Positions 9,879 to 19,732 are shown, counted from the stretch's first letter. The stretch: 56,895 nucleotides of DNA from Candidatus Yanofskybacteria bacterium RIFCSPLOWO2_02_FULL_44_18 (GCA_001794755.1 MGKT01000002.1:65130-122024), one strand, 5' to 3'. Notes: generated by a model from the sequence alone, not told the origin. Made by a program: numbers and translations.

Positions 9879-9950
9879 AGATTGAATTTGATTTCGCCGA
9901 TAGTGCGCCGGAAGCGGACTAATGGGTGCTCTGCGAATTCAAAGCAATCT
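9879..9950 (-). promoter_or_regulatory. structured rpsF leader, possible S6:S18 autoregulatory element
   Basis: Arms 9879-9897 and 9933-9950 pair and enclose CCG-containing loops next to the start codon; promoter TTGACA-N17-TAATAT just upstream. Confidence 0.4.
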
Positions 9951-10006
9951 TTATTTAATCTGCTGGATATTATCACTATTTAATTTATCTGTCAACATTT
10001 TCGCTC

Positions 10007-10972
10007 TTAAATCTTAATCTCCACGACGTCTCCTTCTTGGATGACGTAGTCGCGGCCCACCGTTTTAATCATGCCTTTCGATTTGGCATCAATCCAGCCA
10101 CCGATTTCCAGAAGAGTTTTCCAGTTGATTACATCGGCCCGTATGAATAATTTTTCAAAATCAGTATGAATAGCTCGGGCGGCCTTGGGAATCAGGTCTC
10201 CGATTCGGGCTGTCCAGGCCCGGGTTTCGTCTTCGCCGGTAGTCAAGAATGTCAGCAAGCCGAGAGTATGATAGCTCTTTTTAATCAGAGCATCCAATCC
10301 GCTTTCCTTTATATTAAATTCGGCCAGATATTCTTTTTTCTCGTCCTGCGTTGACTCGGAAAGTAAAAGTTCAAATGGCGTGGAAAGAATGATGTAATCG
10401 GCGCTGCCGATTGCGGATTTTAATTTTTCATCCGGCTGCCAATTTTCCGATAGCTGTTTTTCCGAAACGTTAAAAACATATATCACTTTTTTATCCGATA
10501 ACAGGTTAAGGGGCGGCAAATCCTTGCCCCTGTTTGATTTATCAGCCCGCTTTTCTTTAGATTCCAAATCCGCCAGTTCAAGCTCTGTATTTATAATTGA
10601 AATATCGTCCGTTGGGTCCACTCGGTTATGAACGTGAGTAATGCCATTATCGGGGAACACGCGGACGACATGGGCGATAGCATCCACTTCTCTGATATTC
10701 GCCAGAAATTTATTACCCAAGCCTTCTCCCTGCGACGCGCCCTTGACCAGTCCGGCAATATCAAAAAATTCAATCGTCGTATAAATCTTCCGAGCGGAAT
10801 CCGAAAGCATGGCCAAGGCATCCACTCTCTCATCGGGTACGGCAACGACACCCACATTTGGCTCGATAGTGGTAAATGGATAATTCTGGATATCAACCTG
10901 CTTATTCGTGATAGCCTTAAAAAGCGTGGATTTTCCCACATTCGGCAATCCGACAATTCCGAGTTTGAGCAT
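10007..10972 (-). CDS. ychF: redox-regulated ATPase YchF (Obg family), short form
   Basis: [47 protein letters not shown] domain. Confidence 0.95.
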   Translation of the reverse strand: MLKLGIVGLPNVGKSTLFKAITNKQVDIQNYPFTTIEPNVGVVAVPDERVDALAMLSDSARKIYTTIEFFDIAGLVKGASQGEGLGNKFLANIREVDAIAHVVRVFPDNGITHVHNRVDPTDDISIINTELELADLESKEKRADKSNRGKDLPPLNLLSDKKVIYVFNVSEKQLSENWQPDEKLKSAIGSADYIILSTPFELLLSESTQDEKKEYLAEFNIKESGLDALIKKSYHTLGLLTFLTTGEDETRAWTARIGDLIPKAARAIHTDFEKLFIRADVINWKTLLEIGGWIDAKSKGMIKTVGRDYVIQEGDVVEIKI

Positions 10973-11025
10973 CTTTGGATTGTAGCAAATAGGCGCACTT
11001 TAAGCCAGTTATCAATAACGGAAGA

Positions 11026-11055
11026 TTGACAATATGTCTTGAGTGATGTTATAAT
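11026..11055 (+). promoter_or_regulatory. sigma70-type promoter
   Basis: TTGACA-N18-TATAAT with extended -10. Confidence 0.7.
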
Positions 11056-11092
11056 CATAAGTCAGGTCTTTTACAATGAGGAGGCGCAGGCG

Positions 11093-12907
11093 ATGAAATT
11101 TCATCGACAGTTTTTGCGACAGGCATGGGCCATATTCGGGCCCCTGAAGTGGCGGATGCTACTTGTTCTGGGAGTGATCTCCCTGATTCAAGGGATGTCG
11201 TTGATCGGGCCGTATATCCAAGGCACGATCCTCGACAACATCAGTCACGGCAAGGCGATGGCCCAGACCTACTGGCTCATTGCTCTGGCCGGAACTGTTT
11301 GGCTCGTCAGCCACTGGGTGCTCCAATTCCCACGAGAGATGTACGAGGTGCAGAAAGTGGACTTCGACATCGACGAGCGGGCGTCGGATCAGACAATGGT
11401 GCAGATGACAAGTCTCTCAGTGGGGCAACACAATACGTTGCACTCGGGGATGAAGCAGAGCATCATCAACCGCGGCCAGACTTCTATGACGGCGTTAGTG
11501 AACATGTTCGTTTATGAGATCGTGCCAACGATCAGTCGAGCGTTCATCATGACAATGGCGATGTGCTGGCTGTCCATGGCAATGGGTCTCATCGTGTTCT
11601 CGGCGATTGCCTTATTTGTCTGGCTGACGCTTTGGATGAACCACACTTTCAAGGGCGACCTCAAGAAGCTCGAGAAGATGTGGAATCAGGAATCCAAGTT
11701 CCGAAGCGAGATCATTCAGCACATCAGCCACGTGCTCGTAAACGCACAAGAGAAGAAAGCTCGGGCTGAAGCCGACGCCAAGTACGCGGAGACCGTGGCC
11801 TTTGCCAAACCTCTCTGGCGTCGATTCCTGGTCTTTGCCTACATGAAATCAATGGTCATTATCGTCGCGAGAGTGGCGGTCATGGCCCTTGGTGCCCACT
11901 ACATTTACAGTGGCCGACACACGTTCGGTACCATCGTAGTGTTCTGGGCGTGGTCCAACAACGCGTTGGACAGTGTCTGGAATGTGGGCAGTCTGCAACG
12001 GCAGATCATCAGGATGTGGACGTCGATCAGGCGTTACTGCGAGTTCCTGAACATGGAGACCGATGTCAAAATCATCTCCAATCCAGTCGTACTGGACCCT
12101 GTTCGGGGTCGCATCGAAGTTCGCAACCTATCCTTCATGTACGATAGCCGTATGGCTATGTCGCAAGACGAAGAGGACGAGGAAAAGCCGAAAGAAGTCG
12201 AGAAGTCGAAGCGGCCAGCCCTCATCGATGTGTCGTTCGTCATCGAGCCCGGAGAGACAGTGGCCATCGTCGGCGAGTCTGGTTCAGGCAAAACCACACT
12301 GGCAAACATGCTGGTGCGGTCCAGTGATCCGACATCGGGTCAGATCCTCATCGACGGGCAGGACCTTCGGGTTCTGGATCTGCGGAAGTTCAGGTCAAAG
12401 GTTGGTATCGTCGAACAAAACGTGCCACTCTTCGACCGAAGCATTCGTGAAAACATTCTCTACGGTCTCAATGGGAAAGCCAAGGACGTGACCGAAGAGG
12501 AGTTGCAACGGATCGCTCAGATCTCGCAGATCAGCAGGTTCTCGCACAAGCTCGAAAAAGGGTTCGATACCCTGATCGGCGAGCGCGGAATCAAGCTCTC
12601 CGGCGGTGAACGCCAGCGAGTCGGGATTGCCCGAGCACTCATCAAGGACCCCGCGATCATCATCTTCGACGAGGCGACCAGCAGTCTGGACGCCGCCGTG
12701 GAAGCCGAGATCCGGGACGCAATCAACGAAGCGTCAAAGGGACGGACCACTGTCCTCATTGCTCACCGGTTCTCGACCATCCGATATGCCAACCGCATCA
12801 TCGTGATGGAAGAAGGCCGAGTGGCTGGCGAAGGAAAGCACGAAGATCTGTACAAGTCGTGCCCGCCCTATCGTCGGCTCGTCGATCATCAGGTAGCTAC
12901 GATCTGA
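11093..12907 (+). CDS. ABC exporter, fused permease and ATPase (MsbA/ABCB-like)
   Basis: TM region, GESGSGKT, LSGGERQR, IIIFDEATSSLD, AHR; GAGGAGG SD before ATG 11093. Confidence 0.93.
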   Translation: MKFHRQFLRQAWAIFGPLKWRMLLVLGVISLIQGMSLIGPYIQGTILDNISHGKAMAQTYWLIALAGTVWLVSHWVLQFPREMYEVQKVDFDIDERASDQTMVQMTSLSVGQHNTLHSGMKQSIINRGQTSMTALVNMFVYEIVPTISRAFIMTMAMCWLSMAMGLIVFSAIALFVWLTLWMNHTFKGDLKKLEKMWNQESKFRSEIIQHISHVLVNAQEKKARAEADAKYAETVAFAKPLWRRFLVFAYMKSMVIIVARVAVMALGAHYIYSGRHTFGTIVVFWAWSNNALDSVWNVGSLQRQIIRMWTSIRRYCEFLNMETDVKIISNPVVLDPVRGRIEVRNLSFMYDSRMAMSQDEEDEEKPKEVEKSKRPALIDVSFVIEPGETVAIVGESGSGKTTLANMLVRSSDPTSGQILIDGQDLRVLDLRKFRSKVGIVEQNVPLFDRSIRENILYGLNGKAKDVTEEELQRIAQISQISRFSHKLEKGFDTLIGERGIKLSGGERQRVGIARALIKDPAIIIFDEATSSLDAAVEAEIRDAINEASKGRTTVLIAHRFSTIRYANRIIVMEEGRVAGEGKHEDLYKSCPPYRRLVDHQVATI

Positions 12908-12924
12908 AAGTAGAGGAAAGTATG

Positions 12925-12962
12925 GGGGTGTCTGACCAACGCGGTCGGGCACCCTCTTTTTA
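12925..12962 (+). terminator. intrinsic terminator (copy 2 of the shared terminator)
   Basis: 29 bp (12933-12961) identical to 3609-3637. Confidence 0.8.
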
Positions 12963-13222
12963 ATTTTTATAAAATAGTTTACCCGACTTGTCGCTCTAAT
13001 CTTTATTTATTGGAGCAGTAGAGTGAAGTATTCTACCTTGCTGGTTTCTTTCTAATATTAGTCTCTCATAGCAAGGTGGAGGAAGTTTTATCGTGAAATG
13101 AAATGGTATGTATTTAACGCTGTTATCGCTAATGTCAGGTCGTATTGTGTTTATATCGTACCGATACTTAGTTTTGAAACAGACATATAAAAACTTAGTA
13201 AAATTATAGACTTTTAAACTCA

Positions 13223-13316
13223 TTGACTTTTCACTATGGCCTGATATATAATGATTGTATCACGACGAAAGAGCACTTCTGTGGGTTTCGTTCCATAGCG
13301 GTGCTTTTTCATTTTT
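13223..13316 (+). ncRNA. candidate promoter plus small RNA of about 55 nt, convergent on the NYN gene
   Basis: TTGACT-N18-TATAAT (13223-13252), then a hairpin with G-U pairs that form on the + strand, then a T tract. Confidence 0.4.
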
Positions 13317-13806
13317 GGTTAGTTTTATACTCCAGTTTACTTTTAAGGTTATCCATATAATCAATCTTCTCCCGAGCTTTTTTCTGGAGCAAGATAGAGC
13401 ACTTTTTCTTATGAGAAGCTAATACAATTTTTAACTTATTTTTTGAGTAGAGATATTCAACTAAGGAATAAAAATCTCCATCACTGGTTACGATAACAGC
13501 CTTGTCATAATTTTTATATTCAATCATCGTGTGGAGAACTAAGTCTGCGTCGACATTTCCCTTTGGTTCTCTAATTTTTGAAACAAGGATCGGTTTAAAT
13601 ATGAGAATATAGCCATATTCTTGAAGAGATATGTAAAGTTCTTGGTTCTCAGGAATTAAACCGATAAACAGATATGCTTTTGAAACTTTGTATTTATCAT
13701 TTAAATAAACTCGAAATCTTTTGTAATTTAGCTTCCAACCCAAACCCTGAACCCCAAGGTATAAATTCTGACCATCAATAAAAGCGTAATTATTCTCTTG
13801 TTTCAT
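13309..13806 (-). CDS. NYN domain (LabA/DUF88, PIN-like) ribonuclease
   Basis: AFIDGQNL, KGNVDADL, VTSDGDF motifs. Confidence 0.9.
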   Translation of the reverse strand: MKQENNYAFIDGQNLYLGVQGLGWKLNYKRFRVYLNDKYKVSKAYLFIGLIPENQELYISLQEYGYILIFKPILVSKIREPKGNVDADLVLHTMIEYKNYDKAVIVTSDGDFYSLVEYLYSKNKLKIVLASHKKKCSILLQKKAREKIDYMDNLKSKLEYKTNQK

Positions 13807-13851
13807 CTGGTTTTATCGTAACAAAAAGGCCATAAATAAGCTAGATTTCGG

Positions 13852-13881
13852 CTTGACTTTTTGTGTGAAAAGGAGTATAAT
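13852..13881 (+). promoter_or_regulatory. sigma70-type promoter (near-duplicate of 15052-15081)
   Basis: TTGACT-N17-TATAAT. Confidence 0.75.
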
Positions 13882-13999
13882 TGATATGTTAAGGGTGGAT
13901 AGCGATTTGGGGCTAAAAAGGCCATAAATCGCTGTTCACTCAGGAAAGTTCGTCGACAATCAATCATTCACTCACTCGTTCAATCAAGGAGATGCGACC

Positions 14000-14953
14000 A
14001 TGAAGATCGTGCGTGCGTTGGTGTCGGTGTTGGTGGTCATGGGGATTGCGGCGTCCGTTTCGGCGGCGCCGAAGAAGGCGTCGCGATCGCAGCAGTCGAA
14101 GCACGAGCATCGGTACAGTACGGCTGCGGATCCCCAAGGGATCGACCTCGTCAAGTATCCGAAGGACGAGAAGGCTCCCATGTCCATCAAGCGTCAGATG
14201 GAGCTCGGCCTCAAGGTCGCGCAGCTCCGCTACGATTGGTGGGGTCTCAACTGGCATCGCGAGATCGAGGGGGGCCGCTGGCTTTGGGAAAAGATCCCGG
14301 CCGGCAAGATCGTCCTCGTCGACAAGAACGGCAACCAGATCTACAAGGCGGATTGCGTGAATCGCCTTGTGTGGATGCCTCGGAACCCGTTTACGGGCCT
14401 GCCGTGTCCGAAGTGTCCACCGGTTGCCGGCGGAGGCAACGGACGTGGGGGTGCGCAGGATGGTGGGTCGGGATTCTTTCAGCGTTTGGCTGACGGAATC
14501 AAGTCGCTGGCCCTGACTCTTTTCCGAGGCTTCGGCCACGGATTGAGGGCCGTGGGTTGGATATTGGCGGCGCTCGGCGCGCTGCTGCTCAACATCTTGC
14601 CTTGGCTGCTCTTGGCTCTTGTCCTGTACTTGCTCTACCGCTTGATTCGTTGGATCGCGGAAGCGATTCGCGACTGGCGGCAGGGGCGACAGGCGCGAGT
14701 GGGCGGACAACCGGGCGGACAACCGGGCGCCCTGATTGGTCCGGCAGCGGTTCCGGCCGGTGGCGCCGGTCAAGCGGGAGCGGCGGGTGGTGCGGCACCG
14801 ATTGCCGGCGGTGGTCAAGGCGCTAATGCCGGCCGCCGGTTCGTATCGCATGATGTGGATCTTCCCGCCGAGAGGCTCCAGTATGAGGGGTACTCCCGTG
14901 TCCACATGGAATACATGGGGGACGGGACCACATATATCCGCATGGTTCGGTAG
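14000..14953 (+). CDS. hypothetical exported/membrane protein with Gly-rich linkers
   Basis: Signal peptide (..ASVSA-AP), internal TM helices, AAGGAG SD, terminator at about 14976-15011. Confidence 0.7.
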   Translation: MKIVRALVSVLVVMGIAASVSAAPKKASRSQQSKHEHRYSTAADPQGIDLVKYPKDEKAPMSIKRQMELGLKVAQLRYDWWGLNWHREIEGGRWLWEKIPAGKIVLVDKNGNQIYKADCVNRLVWMPRNPFTGLPCPKCPPVAGGGNGRGGAQDGGSGFFQRLADGIKSLALTLFRGFGHGLRAVGWILAALGALLLNILPWLLLALVLYLLYRLIRWIAEAIRDWRQGRQARVGGQPGGQPGALIGPAAVPAGGAGQAGAAGGAAPIAGGGQGANAGRRFVSHDVDLPAERLQYEGYSRVHMEYMGDGTTYIRMVR

Positions 14954-15051
14954 ATCACTCACTCGTGGGGCAAGTCCCCGGAGGCGTTCATCGCTTCCGG
15001 GGAATTTTTTTATTTGGAATATAGTTTTTTGACAAAATTCCATGACAAAGC

Positions 15052-15081
15052 CTTGACTTTTTGGTTAAAAAGGCGTATAAA
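15052..15081 (+). promoter_or_regulatory. sigma70-type promoter
   Basis: TTGACT-N17-TATAAT; 26/30 identical to 13852-13881. Confidence 0.75.
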
Positions 15082-15122
15082 TAATAATACAGATCCTCGA
15101 CAATTCAATACCAAGAAAGGGG

Positions 15123-16667
15123 ATGGAAATGATAGGACTGATCATTCAGGCGGTACTAATCGCCGCTATCGTGGGGATCGTGGCCAAATTGATACTTGAT
15201 TATGTACGCCACGAGATGGAGATCACCTGGGGTGAGTACGGGCTGGGTTTGACAGTCATCAGTTTTGTACTCGTGCCTTTGGTGGTCTGGGCCGGATGGT
15301 CCACCGCCAAGGGGAGTAACCTCTCGTTCAACGAATTCAAGAACGGGTGGGAGCTCGAAGCTGTCAGACAGCCGATTATCTGCACGCGCGACGGCCCATG
15401 CTGGTACGAGTACGATTGTGACCCGTACCTTGTCGCTTACAGCTGTAACTGTAAGACAGACAAGAACGGATCAACCGACTGCGATACTTGTTACCGGACC
15501 GAGTACCATTCGTGTCCCTACGTCACGGTGGAGAACAACTTTGTGGTGCGGACCACATTGGGAAACTTCACGATTGCTAGGCATCGATTTCCCGATGACC
15601 CCCATCGTAACAGGTGGGAACCCTATCGGAGAGAGCGATTGCCTCAGAGTGTCATCGATCGGGCAGGAGTGGGTGCGCCCGTGTTTTGGCAGCAGGCCTC
15701 AGCGCGGGTAAAGGCCGGGCGGCCTGGTCCGGTGACCATGCGCTCGACTTACGACAACTACATATTGGCAAGTGACTCAACCATTCTGACGCAATACTCA
15801 GGCGTGGTTGACAATCTAAAAGCCAAGAACATGCTGCCGCCCGTGTCAAAAGAGATCTACGGCCACTACAGCGAACGGAAAGCTTATCGGGTTGGGTCTA
15901 TTCCCAACATCAATATCGATCCTTGGATCGATAAGCTCTCCTACGCTAACGCGGCCCTGGGCTCTGAGATGCAGGGTGACATGCATGTCGTTCTCGTTTT
16001 TGACCCCGACTTGAGAAAGGCCGGGTCAAACCCCGATGAGTACGCTCTGGCGCTGAAGGCTTACTGGCAAAATCCCAAGAACTTTAGGGATGATACCTTG
16101 AGCAAGAATGCCATCGTCGTAATCATCGGTACCGAGGACGGAAGAGTTGTCAGCTGGGCTAGGGCATTTACCGGTATGCCTCTTGGCAACGAGCGGATGA
16201 CTACGGAAGTCAGGAATGGCTTAACCGGAGCGTCGTTCTCGTCGGAGGAAATTATCGGTAACATCCGGGCGTACTTTGAGGTGTACGCTCAAAGCGTCAA
16301 AAGCGACCATGAACGAAGAGGTCGCTTGGGTTCTATCGTCTGGGGTCTTGCTGATCCGGTGAGCAGATTTAAGAGGATTAGCATGACTGCCAACGATAGT
16401 TCAGATACCGGTCAGGGGTTTACATATCTCGCGAACGAGATAACCTTGACCGGTTTCCAGAGGGGCATGATTTTGACCTTTGCCTTTCTGGGATGCGCAG
16501 CGGTGTGGTTTGTAGCGGCGGCTAACGGAATCAGAGACAGACGCAGTTATTCCGGGCCGTTCGACTTCAACCACATCGAAGCGTACTGGCGTAACCAGTG
16601 GACTTGCACGAAAGTGTGGGTTTCGTCAACAATCGCGAACATCAGACAAGGAAGGACACGATCATGA
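15123..16667 (+). CDS. membrane protein with Cys-rich extracellular segment and possible TPM-like domain
   Basis: Two N-terminal and one C-terminal TM helix; CDPY..CNC..CDTC..CPY cluster; KNAIVVIIG strand. Confidence 0.7.
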   Translation: MEMIGLIIQAVLIAAIVGIVAKLILDYVRHEMEITWGEYGLGLTVISFVLVPLVVWAGWSTAKGSNLSFNEFKNGWELEAVRQPIICTRDGPCWYEYDCDPYLVAYSCNCKTDKNGSTDCDTCYRTEYHSCPYVTVENNFVVRTTLGNFTIARHRFPDDPHRNRWEPYRRERLPQSVIDRAGVGAPVFWQQASARVKAGRPGPVTMRSTYDNYILASDSTILTQYSGVVDNLKAKNMLPPVSKEIYGHYSERKAYRVGSIPNINIDPWIDKLSYANAALGSEMQGDMHVVLVFDPDLRKAGSNPDEYALALKAYWQNPKNFRDDTLSKNAIVVIIGTEDGRVVSWARAFTGMPLGNERMTTEVRNGLTGASFSSEEIIGNIRAYFEVYAQSVKSDHERRGRLGSIVWGLADPVSRFKRISMTANDSSDTGQGFTYLANEITLTGFQRGMILTFAFLGCAAVWFVAAANGIRDRRSYSGPFDFNHIEAYWRNQWTCTKVWVSSTIANIRQGRTRS

Positions 16668-17320
16668 GAAGAGAGAATGGCACAGTTCCGGTTCTGCTGC
16701 TCGTCGCGGGGGCTCTGCTCGGAGGGGTGTTCATCGTTGGAATCTCCGTCTATGGATATTTCAACGGAGTGCGTAACGAGCTGGTTCGTCAGGAAACTGC
16801 TCTCAATGGGCAGTATCAGGACAACCAGAACGAGCTCTCGTCCTACGAGGTCTCGTTCTATGAACAGACCGGGTTGGCCAACCTCAAGTCCGAGAAGATG
16901 GACAAGATTATTACCGACGCCATCAAGGGTCGGTATGAAGGCAAGGACGGCCAGCCGGTGGAGCGGGGACAGGGCGGAGCATTTTTCTCCGCTATCGTTG
17001 AGGCTTACCCCGGCGTGGAAGGCCTCAACGTCTACGACAAGATCATCAGCTTCGTGGCTGCCGGCCGTGAGGCCTACAAGTCCAAGCAGTCAAAGCTGCT
17101 GGACATGCTCCGAGCCTATGAGAGCTATCGGGCAACGAACTATATCCGAAGCTTCTTCGTGGGCCAGCTGGGCTTCCCGGCCCTGCGGGCTCAGATCGGG
17201 ACGCGGGTTGTCCGTGGCCAAGAAGCCCTCGATCAGATGATGCTGATCGTGACGACCGAAGGAGGGCAGAAGTCGTATCAGACCGGTACGATGAAGCCCC
17301 TCTCGGTGAACGAGAAGTAA
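16664..17320 (+). CDS. single-pass membrane protein, LemA-like helical bundle (tentative)
   Basis: ATGA overlap with the upstream stop; TM helix followed by YFNGVRNELVRQE..LNGQY, resembling a LemA N-terminus; terminator at about 17342-17369. Confidence 0.6.
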   Translation: MRRENGTVPVLLLVAGALLGGVFIVGISVYGYFNGVRNELVRQETALNGQYQDNQNELSSYEVSFYEQTGLANLKSEKMDKIITDAIKGRYEGKDGQPVERGQGGAFFSAIVEAYPGVEGLNVYDKIISFVAAGREAYKSKQSKLLDMLRAYESYRATNYIRSFFVGQLGFPALRAQIGTRVVRGQEALDQMMLIVTTEGGQKSYQTGTMKPLSVNEK

Positions 17321-17485
17321 CATTGTTCTGAAAGGAATTTGCCGGCGGGTAACAACCGCCGGTTTTTTTATCCGGAAAATAGAGTTTTGATAAAATTCCA
17401 TGATTTGACCAGTCACCAATTTCATGTATAATTATGCCAGTACTCGGCGTTCGGAAACTCGGGACTCGACTCGTCGAAAGGGGGG

Positions 17486-17692
17486 ATGGCCATGACGAGC
17501 CCAGAAGTCGCACCGCTCGCCATCAAGTGCGTCGTGAAAGACGTGCTTGAGCTGGCGGGTGAGTTCGAGTCGAAACTGGAGCCGGTGAAACTGGCCAAGT
17601 TGCGGATCGTGCACGGCAGTCTCGTGGACGAGGCGGCCAAAGTCGCGGCGGAAATTCAGCGGCGCGAATTGCTGCTGAAGGAGGTGGAGTAG
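17486..17692 (+). CDS. small hypothetical protein
   Basis: 68 aa; promoter TTGACC-N16-TATAAT at 17405-17432; G-rich SD. Confidence 0.45.
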   Translation: MAMTSPEVAPLAIKCVVKDVLELAGEFESKLEPVKLAKLRIVHGSLVDEAAKVAAEIQRRELLLKEVE

Positions 17693-17808
17693 GGCCCTCG
17701 ACCGCATAAGGGGAGGCCACGATGACAACGTCGGCGTTCGTTCGGTAAAGCGCCTACTCGGGTATACCGCAGAGGCGCTTTTTTGATTCTTTTGGTATAA
17801 TAATATCA

Positions 17809-18948
17809 ATGCGAATACTAATAATCGGCGGGGGAATTGCCGGTCCCAGTCTAGTAACACAGCTCAAGAAGCACAATGTTAAGTGCGATGTGACTCTCGT
17901 CGAGCAAGCCCCTGAATTTAGAAACATAGGATATGGAATAGCTTTATGGGGCAATGGCCGGAGGACATTAAAAGAAGCTGGGATTGACGACCATATAATC
18001 GATAAAGAGGGATATGAAGTGCCTTGGGAAGCTTTTGAAACTACCCGGAGGAAAATTTTAAAATCTTTCGTTTTTAATAACTTCAAGTCTTTGGGCGGCC
18101 CGATTTTTATTCCAAGAGCGCTACTGCATAAAACGATTGTCGATCGGCTTAATCCTGCGATTATCAGGCACAATATAAAACCTGTAGCCATAAGGAATTT
18201 TCCTGAAACAAAAATAGCAGCCGTTGAATTTAGCGACGGATCGAAAGGGGAATATGATTTAGTTGTCGGAGCGGATGGCGTGAATTCATGGACGAGAGAA
18301 CACGTCTTCGGCTCCGGCCTGAAGAAATATTACAGCCGGTCACTATGGATAATGTGGATAGACAAAAAATTTACTTTATCCAAAGGCGCCGTTGCAATTG
18401 CCGGCGGCGGCAAATTAGCACTACTCCTTCCCCTGAAAGACAAATGCCAGCTTAGCTTATACGCCAGTCGTACGCCGGGCATTCAAGGAGATGTCGCGAC
18501 TAGAAAAAGGGATTTGAAAGATTTATTCTATGAATTCGGAGACGCGATTCGGCATATGATTATGTCAGTACCGAGCGGACAAGACATATTGTTTAACGAT
18601 GCCGCATATATTTCCATGAAACATTGGTATAAAAACCGCGTCGTGCTGATTGGGGACGCACAGCATGCCATGTCGCCGATGATGGGCATGGGAGCTTCGT
18701 TGGCAATTGAGGATTCGTGCGTACTTGCCCAAGAAATAGCCAATGAAGAAAATGTAGATGAAGCTCTGAAAAAATTTGAACACAGAAGAAACAAAAGGTT
18801 GAATATATACAAAAAACAAGCGCATATTATCGAGGATATAATTATGGCAGATGGGCTGATGGCGAGGGCGAGAGAGCTGTTTATGCCGTTAATGCCGAAT
18901 GCAATCAGCATGAATCCCCTAAAAAGACTTCTGGAAGAGGAAATTTAA
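17809..18948 (+). CDS. FAD-dependent monooxygenase (UbiH/salicylate hydroxylase-like)
   Basis: IIGGGIAG, DLVVGADG, VVLIGDAQHAMSP..GMGASLAIED. Confidence 0.9.
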   Translation: MRILIIGGGIAGPSLVTQLKKHNVKCDVTLVEQAPEFRNIGYGIALWGNGRRTLKEAGIDDHIIDKEGYEVPWEAFETTRRKILKSFVFNNFKSLGGPIFIPRALLHKTIVDRLNPAIIRHNIKPVAIRNFPETKIAAVEFSDGSKGEYDLVVGADGVNSWTREHVFGSGLKKYYSRSLWIMWIDKKFTLSKGAVAIAGGGKLALLLPLKDKCQLSLYASRTPGIQGDVATRKRDLKDLFYEFGDAIRHMIMSVPSGQDILFNDAAYISMKHWYKNRVVLIGDAQHAMSPMMGMGASLAIEDSCVLAQEIANEENVDEALKKFEHRRNKRLNIYKKQAHIIEDIIMADGLMARARELFMPLMPNAISMNPLKRLLEEEI

Positions 18949-18981
18949 AAATATGATATACTTCAGCAGTGAGTAACTACA

Positions 18982-19641
18982 ATGGTTCAGTATAAAATCA
19001 ACCAAAAGAAGAATATGGCCATCAGTCTCCGTCGGGGTGGATATTCTTATTCCGAAATTCAAAAAATGGTTCCGGTCGCGAAGGCAACATTGTCCCTGTG
19101 GTTAAAAAATGAAAAAATGAGCGAACCCCAGATAAAAAGACTTTTCCAAAAGAAACAGGAAGCTATGTCTCGGGGACTGAAGACAAGAAAACAAAACGTA
19201 CGCAACGCAATTGAAAAAATTCGAGAGAGCTCTGCAAAAGAAATCGGCTCATTGTCCAAGCGGGACGTTTGGCTGCTAGGGCTGGCCGTATATTGGCGGG
19301 AAAGATTTCTTAATAAAAGCGACGAGGACTTAATAAAGGGAGTCAGGTTTACAAGCTCCGATCCAAGCCTGATAAAATTATTTTTGAAGTGGCTTCGGGA
19401 AATTGGAGGGCTATCCAATGAGGAAATTGTATTTGACCTTTTTGTTAAAAATCGGAAAGCGAGGGCTGATTGCGTGAAGTATTGGGCAGCCATAACCAGC
19501 TATCCCGCGGAGGACTTTACGAGGGTCTATGTTCAAAAAATGAAAGCCAAATTCGGTCTCCTACGTGTTCGCGTTAGAGCGAGCTCAATGCTTGCTAGAC
19601 AGGTATCAGGTTGGATACATGGTATTGAAAAAGAATTATAA
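18982..19641 (+). CDS. hypothetical protein with N-terminal HTH
   Basis: AISLRRGGYSYSEIQK..VAKATLSLWLK HTH pattern. Confidence 0.7.
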   Translation: MVQYKINQKKNMAISLRRGGYSYSEIQKMVPVAKATLSLWLKNEKMSEPQIKRLFQKKQEAMSRGLKTRKQNVRNAIEKIRESSAKEIGSLSKRDVWLLGLAVYWRERFLNKSDEDLIKGVRFTSSDPSLIKLFLKWLREIGGLSNEEIVFDLFVKNRKARADCVKYWAAITSYPAEDFTRVYVQKMKAKFGLLRVRVRASSMLARQVSGWIHGIEKEL

Positions 19642-19732
19642 ACATTAATATTATAATATTAATGTTTATGAATGTTATTGTTCATGCTCACTATTATAAT
19701 GTAAGAATATCACCGCGGGTACGTCTGTAATT

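Noticed and set aside
12996-13223. 75-aa AT-rich ORF
   Set aside because: No motif or supporting signals; may be a remnant but cannot be supported
14702-14725. 12-bp tandem repeat GGCGGACAACCG
   Set aside because: Encodes GGQP twice in a low-complexity linker
13964-15043. 359-aa antisense ORF
   Set aside because: Shadow of the GC-rich + strand gene, which has the promoter, SD, signal peptide and terminator
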